Shown here: piece after piece, positions 39,224 to 51,336 of the stretch
Numbering within the stretch: the stretch's first letter is position 1
Layout of the letters: each line of letters begins with the position of its first letter
From: Stegostoma tigrinum
Taxonomy: Eukaryota
Length of the DNA: 64,000 bases
Assembly (NCBI RefSeq): GCF_030684315.1
Contig: NC_081362.1
Coordinates: forward strand, 27,279,266-27,343,265
Direction: 5' to 3'
Notes under the pieces: model-generated
Told to the model about the DNA's origin: nothing
Seen by the model: the letters and a program-made list of their open reading frames with translations, nothing else
Databases searched by the model: none
Position numbers and translations under genes: made by a program

Positions 39224-39989
39224 TCCAATGGGAGTTCCATTTGTCTCTTTTACCATTTTTATTGTTTTGCATCCCTTCTCATGATCAATCAGATGTCTAC
39301 CAGAGATCACTTTCACGGCCAGATCTCCTTTCTCAGCAACAACCACATTACCTACTGCTCCTAGTTCCAACTTTCAGGTCATATCCTTGATTGACAAATG
39401 AGTGAAAGCATTTTAGGCACATGCAGGAAAGTAGAACTAAGGACTCTACAATAGCAATCTTAACAAATGTCACAGTAAGTTAGTGGCCAAATGGCCTACT
39501 CCTGCTTCAGTTGGTTCTATAAAATCATTTCTAATGCAAGGTCATTGACCTGAAACATTAACTTCTTTTCCCCCCCTCAATAGATGCTGCTTGATATATT
39601 AAGTCTACACAACATTTTCCATTTTTATATCATTTATTGCTGTTTTCTCAAGTGAAAAAAAATGCCAGACTTTGTTATTGTGATGACACTGACACAGATA
39701 AATTCACTGTTTTTTCATAGTAGTCTTCTATCCCAGTCATTGATTTAGGATCAATGGCAAAATTATACCACACACAATCTAGGACTTCCTCTATACAACA
39801 CATGTATCATTGTCCTCGATAATTATTAACTAACAAGTATGATTGTCCATATACAAAATTTCACTTTCAATGATCATGGGTTCTGCAGATCTTCGTACAA
39901 CTGATGAGCCTGATTCTACATCCATATCTCCAACCATACATTTTGACAGGTATTTCTGCCAAATGATCCTGGGCCTTGAGAACTTGGCA

Positions 39990-40410
39990 TTTCTTTCTCC
40001 CGGTTTCTTTTCCATACTTCCTCTTGCTAATAGGTGTGCTCAAAGAATACTGTCCCTTCACACGAGTTTCCTCCAAGTCAGTTTCTTCTAAATGAGTGTC
40101 TCCTATGCATTGACATCTATATTGTATTTCTTGAAGGAAACGAACCTTAAGGGAGTCTTTGAAATACCTTGTCCTCTTATGCAACTGCTTTCGCTGACAG
40201 AAGATTTGTTTTGGAAGTTGGATTTCAGGCATCCTAAGCACATGGCAGCCCAACAGAGTTTTTTTGTGATCATAGTCTAGGCTGTTAGCGGCTTCAAGAA
40301 TGCTTTTGCTTGTGTGCCTGTTTTCCCAGCTGATGCAGAGGATCCATCTCAAAAAGTGTCAATGGTGCTTCAAGGGTCTTCAGGTAGCGTCTGCACGTAC
40401 TCCAAGTTTC
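39990..40410 (-). mobile_element. RTE-clade LINE C-terminal fragment
   Basis: LRWILCISWENRHTSKSILEAAN...GCHVLRMPEIQLPKQIF resembles the RTE ORF C-terminus (LR.IL.I.W.D....W.GHV.RM....LPKQ). Confidence 0.7.
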
Positions 40411-40949
40411 AAGCCAAATGGACAGTCAGAAAGATGACTGCCTTACATAAAAGTGAAGCTAATTAGGCTAAAAGCATGAATCTATTTAGCACACTGAAAC
40501 CAGCAAATTTCTTCTACTACTGGGCTCAATTCACTTCCTTGCAAGAATTGACACATTTGATTTCTCTCAATGTTGTGTTGTGGCCTTAAAAAGGTTCTGT
40601 GATGAGAACTTGGTGTGCAGGGGAGGAGTAGAGAGAACGTACTGAGTTGGATGGAGCAACTGTAAAAGACCTTAAATAAAAAGTCAGGGCGAGGGGTAGG
40701 GTCTCAGAAACAAAAATTGTTGGAAAACCTCAGCAAGCCTAGTAGCATCAATGGAGAGAAAGCAGACGTTTTGAGTCCGATGACCCTTCCTCAGAACTGA
40801 TAGCATCTGGGTTTTAAAAAAGGGGCATTTATCTTGATGATAAAGGATGGGAGGGGAGGCAAGTGTTAAGATCTGAAATAATGAGAAACCTTCACCTTGC
40901 TTGTGGTTGAAGAGCTATCGACATGAGCTAAAACCCCAAAGCCATGGGC

Positions 40950-41450
40950 TGTCGACTGCCTCTAAGTTCGTCCATTAAACTAACGCGTTATCCGGTGACT
41001 TAAACTTCACCGGCTCCTCAGGCCTCTGCAAACCAGCGGTTCCGCAACAAATGGCGACGACGGCCTGCGGCCTAGGGTGATGGCGCATTACCTTGATCTT
41101 GTTGAGGACGCCGCTGTTCTCCAAGGTTTGCACCAGCAAGTCCCGCAGCTCTGTGTCCTCATCCGCCGACATTTTACCAAGACAACCACCCAAGCTTTGC
41201 TAGTGCTCTATTCACAGCGGCACTTTGACAACTTTTTTATTTCTCTCCCCCCCCAAAACAATATATAGAGTCTAGTGCAATGTTTTGAAAATAATCGCTG
41301 GCGCGTGCGTGTTAAATGAAAGAAGGTTGCTGACGCTCGAGGCGGTTTGACGAACTGTAAAGCGCGAATGGAGCAGTAACGGTCTATTAAACCGAGCACG
41401 CGAGTAGCGCTGTTGGCGGCGGTTAGGGCGACGCAGGCACTGAATGCAAT
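40950..41450 (-). promoter_or_regulatory. CpG-rich promoter/first-exon region of CEP43
   Basis: Visibly elevated CpG density (gcgcgtgcg, ggcggcgg, gcgacgacggc) around the ATG, in an otherwise CpG-depleted AT-rich window. Confidence 0.7.
41092..41172 (-). CDS. CEP43: CEP43/FGFR1OP coding exon 1 (MSADEDTELRDLLVQTLENSGVLNKIK)
   Basis: Peptide closely matches the N-terminus of vertebrate FGFR1OP as I recall it (EEDTELRDLLVQTLENSGVLNRIK). ATG in AAAATG context, GTAATG donor, phase 0, CpG-rich surroundings. Confidence 0.96.
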
Positions 41451-41925
41451 AAGGTACCGAACACTTCTTTAAAATGTGCCACTATTTCCTACTATTATAT
41501 AATAAAACCTAAACGCTCACCATTTATTTTAAAATTAGTCGTAATTTGTTTGCAAAGCACGGCAAATTTCTCTATTAACGTACCGAATTGTGGATGTGGC
41601 TTAGAATGTATTCTGCATTTTTATACAGAGTTCATCTTAACCACGATGTTCCTCTCCAGTGCATTTAATTGTATTCATAGGAGACTTTCTATTGCCAATT
41701 CCTCCTCCTGGTCCTCACTTAGCCAACTAGTGTTATTGATTCCATCCTCAGTTGTTTCACACGCCTATAACTCGGCAACTCCTCGAAAACAAAAAGCCCC
41801 CAGCCTTTCAAATCAGAGCTCAGGTTTTGTAGTAATTCTTAAAATGAATTGGGAGAGAGCGATATAATGGTAATGCCACTTAACTAAGAGGCTGGGGCTG
41901 TTGTTCAAGACCCATTACTGTAGCT

Positions 41926-42105
41926 GAGATAACAAGGTGTAGAACTGGATGAACACAGCAGGCCGAGGAGCAGGAAGGCTGACGTTTCGGGCCTAGAAGG
42001 GTCTAGGCCCGAAACGTCAGCCTTCCTGCTGCTTGGCCTGCTGTGTTCATCCAGCTCTACACCTGGTTATATCAGATTCTCCAGCACGTGCAGTCCCTAC
42101 TATCT
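41926..42105. mobile_element. Miniature fold-back PLE-derived element
   Basis: Hairpin centred near 41998 (gggcctagaagggtctaggccc); degenerate TSD CCAT(T/C)ACTGTAG. Confidence 0.75.
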
Positions 42106-44304
42106 CCATCACTGTAGTTTGTGGGATTTAAACGTGTGGAATTCTTTGCAGCAGAAGGCTGTGGAGACCAAGTCATTGCGTGTGTTAGAGGACAGGTTTT
42201 TGATTAATCAGGGGATCAAGAGTTACAGGAAGGTGGTAGGAGAATAGGATACAGAAACATCAGCCAGCACTGAACAGTCGAGCAGCTGCAATAGAGTAAG
42301 TGGCCCAATTCTGCTCCCCTGTCTTATGCTTTAACTTGTCAAAATTTATTAAGCCCAATTTCAATGCTTGCAATTGTACAAAACATCTCTTATCAGTTAC
42401 AGATGACATCCTACATAACTCTGACAGAAATACCTATCCCTCCTCTTTGACATACAGTCTGTGATTAACCACACGATGCTTCTTCAATGCTTCTCTGTTC
42501 TGAGCTGGGTGGGATTGCTTTCGAATTTCAGTCTTATCTATCTAAATAAGATTACTACTTGCAATGGCTCATCTGTCCACTCAACACTTCTAATGTCCCT
42601 GAAGATTCTGACCACGTCCTCCTTGTGCATACTGCCCCTTAGAGACACTGCCCAAAAGCACAGCATATAGTAATGACAACTTCCAAATTTACTGAATCAT
42701 CACCTCTCCCAACTGCATACAGTTGAAAGTGGAGACATTGGAAATAATTCCACAAGAGGCCAGTATGCCATCACCAAGTCACTCTTTATTGATATATGCA
42801 AAACCTTTGACACTGAACCAGCTTTCTCAGCATGAACAGAACCTGTGACACTCCTGTTTGTGCCAGCCTGGGATCCTGATTGTACCAGATTAAACAGCCC
42901 CAATCAGGGGACTCCTATTCAGAGGTCCACCTGGCTGACCTTATTACAATCACTCCAACTGCCAGTACCAAAGAAGTAGATTATTTCAGACCCACTTCAA
43001 ACAGTTTCCTTGTTACACATTGCAGCACCCTACCACAGCTCACCTGCTGCTGACACCCTCATTCATGCCTTTAGACTAGGCTACTCCAACACACTACTGA
43101 TTGATGCAGCCTCTGTCAACTGGGAGGTCATCTTTACAAAACTCTTCACATTTTACTTCAAAAATGATAACTGCCTACATACGGTATTTATTTTGTTTCT
43201 TGCTCTTCATAGCCAGGAGGATAGGAGGATAGCTGATTATACCCCAGCTGAATACCTAGACCAGTGACTTCCAATACAGTGCGAGGGTCTTGTCAGTTAC
43301 TAAGATGTGAGCAATTTACTTGTAGCATAGTGTCCTCAAAACTAGCTGTGATTTTAGACATTTTAACTTATTTTATCTTTTTAATGGGAAAATATGTTTA
43401 AAACATGAGTGTGGCTGCAGGGAAACAGCTTATTAGCAGTACACTTTGTCATCCATGATACTACAGGGATTCATTTATTTTTCACAATCCTGTCAACAAA
43501 CACAGATGCCAAGGTGAAAAATATCTCAGTAATTGTATTCACCATGTAGTTTTTTAATGAAATTTTCATATTATCTAGCACAAGAAGAGTTCAAAACAAT
43601 CAGTATCTTGACAACTATATCAAAAGCCTCATAAGAGGTTTTGCCTCAATCCCTTCTTTAATAATTGTATATTTCCCTGGAAAGAGCAAGGCTGTGCAAA
43701 TTTCATAGCAATTCCTGCTGCACTTTGAGTTCTACAAATTTGAGGACATTAAATTTATTTTGCAAACAAATTATTGAGGGATTATTTTCAACTTACAAAT
43801 AGAGTACTGTAGGTGATTGAAATCTTACACAAAAGTGCATAATTTAATCGGGCCTTGGGTGCATTGTACATGTGGTAATAGATAAGTAGTAGACCAGAAG
43901 AATTTAAGTCAGTTCTTTTTCCAGCTACACTGTGTTGCAATAGCCTGAAAATAAATTTGTGGAGGGAGGCAAAACCAAAAAGATTCTGCTTCACATATTC
44001 AAATGTGTTGATTAGTATTTCGAAAAATGTGACCTGGAACCAAATTAAATGTATAAATAGCATTTCTTCAAACTGGTAAATATAGCAGAACATCTTAATA
44101 TGTTTAATAACGTAATAACTAATTTAGTCAGGGTAAATAACAAGTTTCAATTGTACCAATGAATACCACATTCAAACACTCCAATAACCAATGTACAAAT
44201 ATGTCCACTTGCAAACATACATATTTTCAGGAACAGAAACACATTGTTTTAAAGGAAGGTATCCACATTCATTTAGATACTTTTTAAATTGTTTAAAATT
44301 TTCT

Positions 44305-47300
44305 TCAGAATTTATTTTCCCTGAAGCGTGCAGATAAGCAAACATTGGACTTGCAACGGGCATTATGATGCACAATGTTTTGTGCCAGTAAGTAAACTGG
44401 AATTATAAAAGCAGAACTTTACTGTAGAAAGAGCTAATTCAACAATTAATGCAAAATATTTTGATCCTACTAATCATTTTATTATTTATCCATAAAATCA
44501 TAAAACAAGGTGTGAAATTAGGTTGCTTTCTGAATGCCAGGAGAATGTGTTTCAGGAACATAATGGAACCAGTTACTACAGAGATAATAAAATGTGAGGC
44601 TGGATGAACACAGCAGGCCAAGCAGCATCTCAGGAGCACAAAAGCTGACGTTTCGGGCCTAGACCCTTTAGAGAGGGGGATGGGGAGAGGGAACTGGAAT
44701 AAATAGGGAGAGAGGGGGAGGCGGACCGAAGATGGAGAGTAAAGAAGATAGGTGGAGAGAGTATAGGTAGGGAGGGGATAGGTCAGTCCAGGGAAGATGG
44801 ACAGGTCAAGGAGGTGGGATGAGGTAAGTAGGTAGATGGGGGTGCAGCTTGGGGTGGGAGGAAGGGATGGGTGAGAGGAAGAACCGGTTAGGGAGGCAGA
44901 GACAGGTTGGACTGGTTTTGGGATGCAGTGGGTGGCGGGGGGGGAAAAGAGCTGGGCTGGTTGTGTGGTGCAGTGGGGGGAGGGGACGAACTGGGCTGGT
45001 TTAGGGATGTAGTAGGGAAAAGGGGAGATTTTGAAACTGGTGAAGTCCACGTTGATACCATTAGGCTGCAGGGTTCCCAGGCGGAATATGAGTTGCTGTT
45101 CCTGCAACCTTCGGGTGGCATCATTGTGGCAGTGCAGGAGGCCCATGATGGACATGTCATCTAGAGAATGGGAGGGGGAGTGGAAATGGTTTGCGACTGG
45201 GAGGTGCAGTTGTTTGTTGCGAACTGAGCGGAGGTGTTCTGCAAAGCGGTCCCCAAGCCTCCGCTTGGTTTCCCCAATGTAGAGGAAGCCGCACCGGGTA
45301 CAGTGGATGCAGTATACCACATTAAACAGAGGTTCACCTGCACATCTGCCAATGTGGAATGTCATCTTGGGGCCTGGGATAGGGGGGAGGGAGGAGGTGT
45401 GGGGACAAGTGTAGCATTTCCTGCGGTTGCAGGGGAAGGTGCCGGGTGTGGTGGGGTTGGAGGGCAGTGTGGAGCAAACAAGGGAGTCACGGAGAGTGTG
45501 GTCTCTCCGGAAAGCAGACGGGAGGGGATGGGAAAATGTCTTGGGTGGTGGGGTCGGATTGTAAATGGCGGAAGTGTCGGAGGATGATGTGTTGTATCCG
45601 GAGGTTGGCAGGGTGGTGTGTGAGAACGAGGGGGATCCTCTTAGGGCGGTTGTGGCGGGGGCGGGGTGTGAGGGATGTGTTGCGGGAAATACGGGAGACG
45701 CGGTCAAGGGCGTTCTCGATCACTGTGGGGGGAAAGTTGCGGTCCTTAAAGAACTTGGACATCTGGGATGTGCGGGAGTGGAATGTCTCATCGTGGGAGC
45801 AGATGCGGCGGAGGCGGAGGAATTGGGAATAGGGGATGGAATTTTTGCAGGAGGGTGGGTGGGAGGAGGTGTATTCTAGGTAGCTGTGGGAGTCGGTGGG
45901 CTTGAAATGGACATCAGTTACAAGCTGGTTGCCTGAGATGGAGACTGAAGGGTTCAGGAAGGTGAGGGATATGCTGGAGATGGCCCGGCTTTTGTGCTCC
46001 TGAGATGCTGCTTGGCCTGCTGTGTTCATCCAGCCTCACATTTTATTATCTTGGAATTCTCCAGCATCTGCAGTTCCCATTATCTCAGTTACTACAGAGG
46101 TTTTTTTTGCCTTGCCTAGATATAAAATTTATCCAAATACTTGGCATGTGTAAATATTCCCAAATCTTGAATAACACTACACCCATAGGGATAGTTGGAA
46201 AAAGAGAAGTGAAAATATGTAGAGTTTAAAAAAAAAAGTGGCTTAAATTACAATGTAGGAGCGAGGAAGAAGTGTGCATGAGTGCAAAATGTATGTCTTA
46301 TTCATTAACTGGAATTGTGTACAGGAATACCATCAATTACACTGTCATACACTAACCTCTACAGCCTGGTATGTTTGTGACCAAGCCGTTTCTGAATTTT
46401 CAAGTTTGAGTTATATAACAATGACAATATCATTCTATAACACGGAAACAGACCCTTCGGTCAAACTTGTCCACAGATGTTTAATAATTCAAGAGAATTG
46501 GAAAACACCATAGGTAAATACCTACCTCTGGTATAAGTGATTAAAACAAATAATGTTTTGCTTATATAAATGGCATCTTCCTCATTTCTGCTCTCAAAGA
46601 ACAAATTGAGTTTCTTGGGTGCACTTAAACATTTCTCATCAACTGGTATTTCCAAACAATGTTGATTTTTCTAAGTTAATAAAGGTTAAAATAATAGGCA
46701 AAGTAACATTTTAACATACATCTCTTCAGTTGCACTTAGAATGAGGTATTTATAGTCATTGACTCAACCACTATAGAAGAGGCCTTTGGCCCTTCAAGTC
46801 TGTACTACCAAAGTATACTTACTGTACTACACCGATAGCTTTCAATGTTGACATTTTTCAAGTGCTCATTCAGTACTTTTAAAAAGGTTGTGAGGTTTCC
46901 CACCTCAAGTACACTCCCAGGCAATGCATTATCAGAGTCTAACTACTCTCTGGGTGAAAAGCCTTTCCTGAAATCTCCTTTAAACCTCCTGCCTTTCACA
47001 TTAAAATTATGCCTAAAATGGAACAGCTGCTTCCTTCTGTTCACACCCCTTAATCTTATACACCCCAATCAGGTTCCCCCTGAGCCTTCTCTGCTGATCC
47101 ATTGTTTTGCTTTCTGGCATGTACTGAGCTCATGCCAAAAATAATGAATCACAAAATATCAAGACTGTCACAACTGTGTTTTGTGCAGGGCCATAACATT
47201 ATGAACTGTATGAAGGTCATAAAGCTGACCCACTGTTCATTTCCCACTGTGTATTTGTTCTTTGCAAATTAACAAAGTCAAACCTTGTCTTAAGCTCATT

Positions 47301-50300
47301 GTATAAATTAAGCATTTTAGTCATGTTGGGGAGCTCAATTTTAGAAACAACACACTGAAAACTCCAGACCTGAAAACTTTCAGACATGGGAATTCATTGT
47401 GATTTTAACCTTTGAGGATGGTGTTAAAGGCAACCCCATGGACCAACTGTAAAGTTGTTTCAAATCTTGTTGATAACTTACGACTATGACAGCAAATTTA
47501 GAATTGGACTATCCCGTAAAAGGTTTTAGTTGTTGGAGTTCGCTGAACGTGCTTCTAAAATGACAACAGATCCCAGTGTTGAGGAATTGTTAATCTGATT
47601 ACATACAGAAGCAATATTACACACTTGGTAGGAATAATTATGCTAAAGAATGCAATGTAAAGGGCTAATCTTCACATTAATTTCCCAGTGTCACAAACAT
47701 TCTCCCTCATTGTGGTACTGGCTACCCTTCAAAACAAAAAGAAATTTAATTGGCTGTAAAGGGCTTTTGAATATCCTGACTTTTTGCAAACCAAAAGAAT
47801 GGCAGATTCTGGAAATAAACAAAAACTGGCATTGCTGGAAAAACTCAACAGGTCTGCAGCAACAATGGAAAGAAATCAGTTAACATTTTGAGTTCAGTGA
47901 TCTCCAGTTCTGAGGAAGAATCACAGGACTCAAAACATGAACTGATTTTCTCTTCACAATTGCTGCCAGATCGGTTGAGTTTTTCCAGTAAATGTCTGTT
48001 TTTGTTACTATATAAATGCAAGTTTATTTCTAATCTTAATAACTGAAGGAAAGCTTCCTTCATGCCGTGACATGGATGTTTCTATATTTACAACATTAGT
48101 GGGAGAAAAGGTGGGGAGAGATGGCATGCAATAAAGCAACTTAAATCATTTCAACCAAACAGGAAAGGTCCTTGAAGATAGTGGCACTGAATGTACATGA
48201 AGCAGCTTTTAGGTGTGCAATCTTAGTATATTGAAGATGGATGTTAGAGGGCAAAATATTAAATAATACATCTGAAACTTGTATTAATATACCTCAAGAC
48301 ATTCTAAAGCACTTTGTATCCAATGAAATACCCTTGACATGTGCCTGCTCGTTATGTAAAGCATGACAGCCAGCACCTGGGAAGAGAAAATTGAAGTTGA
48401 TGTTTCATAATTAACATGCATTTAAAACATTGACTGCAGAATGCTGGAAACAGGGTCATCAACAGTAACAAGCAGGTAGTGTTTCAGCTTCCCAGCATTT
48501 GCTGTTTGCCCTTTTTTAATCAATTTGTTAAAGAATATCATCACAGTCTGGCACATCCAAACTCAATCACACTCACATTCTGAAGCACAATTGACTCTAT
48601 TCATATACTACTACTTACCCTACCCCACCATATGTTGGGCATAGTCAAGCATTCTCCATCTTTCTTACATTTTATTTCTATTCTTTCTACATTTCTTTAT
48701 TCAGCTATTGAAGTGAAAAATTTACAAGCCTGTTCTCAATTTTATATTGATCACAGAATCCCTAGTGTGGAAACAGCCCCTTCAGTGCCACAGGTCCACA
48801 CTGACCCATCTCTCTATAACCTACTGAATGTACACATCCCTGAACACTGCAGGCAATTTAGCATGTCCAATCCAACTAGCCTGTATGTCTTTGGACTGTG
48901 GAGGTATAATGTCTCTTATTGCACACACAGCTATTGAAAAGTAAACCTAAATTATCTATGTCTAAAACACAGTCCATAGCATGATCAGAAGTATGGGTGA
49001 CCCATGACTTGTCCGGGCATTACACCATCAGTTTATTAATTGGCTAGCTACAGTATGCACAGTATATGGATAATTCTTGGTTAATTGTGCATTGGCTAGG
49101 TGATGTGTGGCAAATTGGATTTATTTCTTAAATTGTCATCTACTGACATCACTTTCCATTAACTGTTGATTGGTCCTTTAAAAAGGAAATTCATTGGAAA
49201 GAAAAGAATATGCTGGAAAAGTGACTTCTAACCTTAAACCTATAGAATATACTCCAGGAGGCCCAGATTCAAGTCCCATCTGCTCCAGAAGTGTGTAATA
49301 ACATCAACAGGTTAAGTAGAAAATAGGATATCCAGTTTTGTACAAAATTTGATCATACACATATCACTGAAGCATCAGCATTAGGTAATGTAAGAAACTA
49401 TATAAAAGTTGAGGTGGTGAGATTCTTGTACAGTCACTTTATTATTGAGTAATAAATTCTGAAGGATTATATAGCTATCATTAAACTAAGTTACCTTTGC
49501 AACCTAAGTTATTTAGTCAAATACAATTGCTTCTCTTCTAAAACACAATTAAAACACCAACAATGTAGGACACAGATGCTGTATTTTTCCCCCCTCCACT
49601 CTACAGTAAATACCTTCTTGTCTTCCTGTATTGAAAATATCAAAGCCTTTTGCCAAGGATGCAACAAGTCAGGAGAATGTAAGCCAATTCAATCTTGAAG
49701 GTTGAAAGTTCTCACAGTGTAGCTCTGTAAAATCTCATGGTATGTTCTTTTAAAAAGTGAGTCTAAGCAGGGGCACATGGTATAGTAAAGTTTGTGTAGA
49801 TTAAAGTAAGGCAGAATGTGTTAGGTTAATTAATAAATGTGCTTTTGGTGGTATAAATAGACCAAACTAAAAAAAAATCGATCATCAAACATCAACTCCT
49901 CTCCTAGTCCCTACAGGAATATATTCTACCCTTTATTCATTTCTAAGGATCCACAAGAATTGGTCAACTGAAAATATATGTAATTACACATTTTCTCTCA
50001 TCTCACTCGCTACTGTCGATTGATATTAGAGAGATCAGACTTGAAAGATTGATTTCCAGACGAACAAGTCAACCATCTTAGAACATTGAGAAAGTCACCT
50101 GGAAATATTCAGCTGAGGCTGCATCTGTCGAGAGAGAAACAAAGTTAATATTTAGAGTCCAATAAGACTTCTGCAGAACATAGCATTGTGTGCTGTAAAT
50201 TTTGGCTTTGAGTCATTCATTCTCATTAAGTTTCAGTCTGAGGCTGGTGCAGAAACAAAATACCACATAAGCTGGAAGTTTAAAAATAGAAGAAAATACT

Positions 50301-50892
50301 GGAAACACTCAGGTGAAGATCTATGGAGACAGAAAAAGATTAATGCTTCAGGTCAATTACTGTTCAGAATCTGATAACTGGACTGGTTAGTTATAAAAGT
50401 CTTTCAAATGATAACTTTCAAGATTTTAGTCAACACCATGCAACAAGTATTGTAGTTTTTACTCAATGTGAGGTAAAGGTGAAAACATTAAGTGTTTTAA
50501 GACAGCACTTCTCACATCATCTTCTGGAATGACTGTCCAGGAATGTAATACATCACCCCATGTTCATTGGAAAGGCATTAGTTTAGCAGATAGACTTTTT
50601 TTGAAAGGCGGGTGAATTAATGTTAAGTATGGTAAAAGCTAATTTTTGTACTTCTTGTTTCTTGGCCCATTTCAGTATTCTGGCAATCACTCATTCCCAT
50701 TGTTCACTTTGCTTCGTGTGGGCCACATCTTGCATGTCAGCAGCTTCAATAAATTCACCTAAAGCTTATCAATCACAGCAAACTGTGCTTCTGCCCTTAC
50801 TAAAACATCCACATGTGCATCACATGCTGGGATCATTATGGTATGAAAGCAGAAATGTCTGGAGATACTGTTCTCTACAGCTGCTACCAGAC
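44305..50892 (-). pseudogene. Candidate decayed multi-exon gene of unknown identity (segments 50892-50463, 49724-49614, 46670-46526, 44396-44305)
   Basis: AG/GT-bounded non-repeat segments with protein-like translations. The last three join in frame (phase 0, then phase 1), but in-frame TGA stops and frameshifts are present. Confidence 0.4.
44584..46085 (-). mobile_element. Relatively young truncated Penelope-like element with inverted terminus and 14-bp TSD
   Basis: RT C-terminus TDVHFKPTDSHSYLEYTSSHP..CKNSIPYSQFLRLRRICS; GIY-YIG NVVYCIHCTRCGFLYIGETKRRLGDRFAEHL; TSD CAGTTACTACAGAG at 44570-44583 and 46086-46099. Confidence 0.9.
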
Positions 50893-51336
50893 CTAAGTTA
50901 ATGTTTTGAGGCCAGCATGACTCTTCTTTGGAACACCCGGGTTCAGGCTGCCAGTCCTCTGAATTTCTCCCATTATTTGTGCTTTTATTTTACATCGCCA
51001 GTATCTGCAATACAGTGTTTTCACTGCAGTGTTACAAACTATTATGAAATGAGCCAAATCTTTTCCCCAATCCAAAAGGTGCTGGATCCAGTTCATACCT
51101 TCATAGAATTGTCCAAGTTGAGATCAGTAACCCAACACTGAATCAAGATTTAGTTTGGACCATTTCTACCTTGTATGCCTTTGTATCTTTTAAAACAAAA
51201 GCCCTAGGAAGATTTGTACTACAAACCATAGCACAAGATTTCCAGTAACATAACTGTGTACATTCCTTTAAAAAAGTTCAACAATATTTTTGAAATATAG
51301 TGAGATGCAAAAAGAGGTATAGCTTTGAACTATGAC

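Noticed and set aside
41173-41193. MGGCLGK N-terminal extension resembling a myristoylation/palmitoylation signal
   Set aside because: The ORF-track start is TTG, not ATG; the ATG at 41172 has A at -3 and matches the orthologue start region.
44439-46029. 422-aa and 180-aa ORFs
   Set aside because: Frameshifted, truncated PLE RT/GIY-YIG sequence reading through into flanks; no evidence of domestication.
46526-49724. Superficial resemblance of the decayed exons to type I interferon/helical cytokines
   Set aside because: It needs different frames in adjacent exons, there is no signal peptide exon, and intron phases are not all 0; too weak to call.
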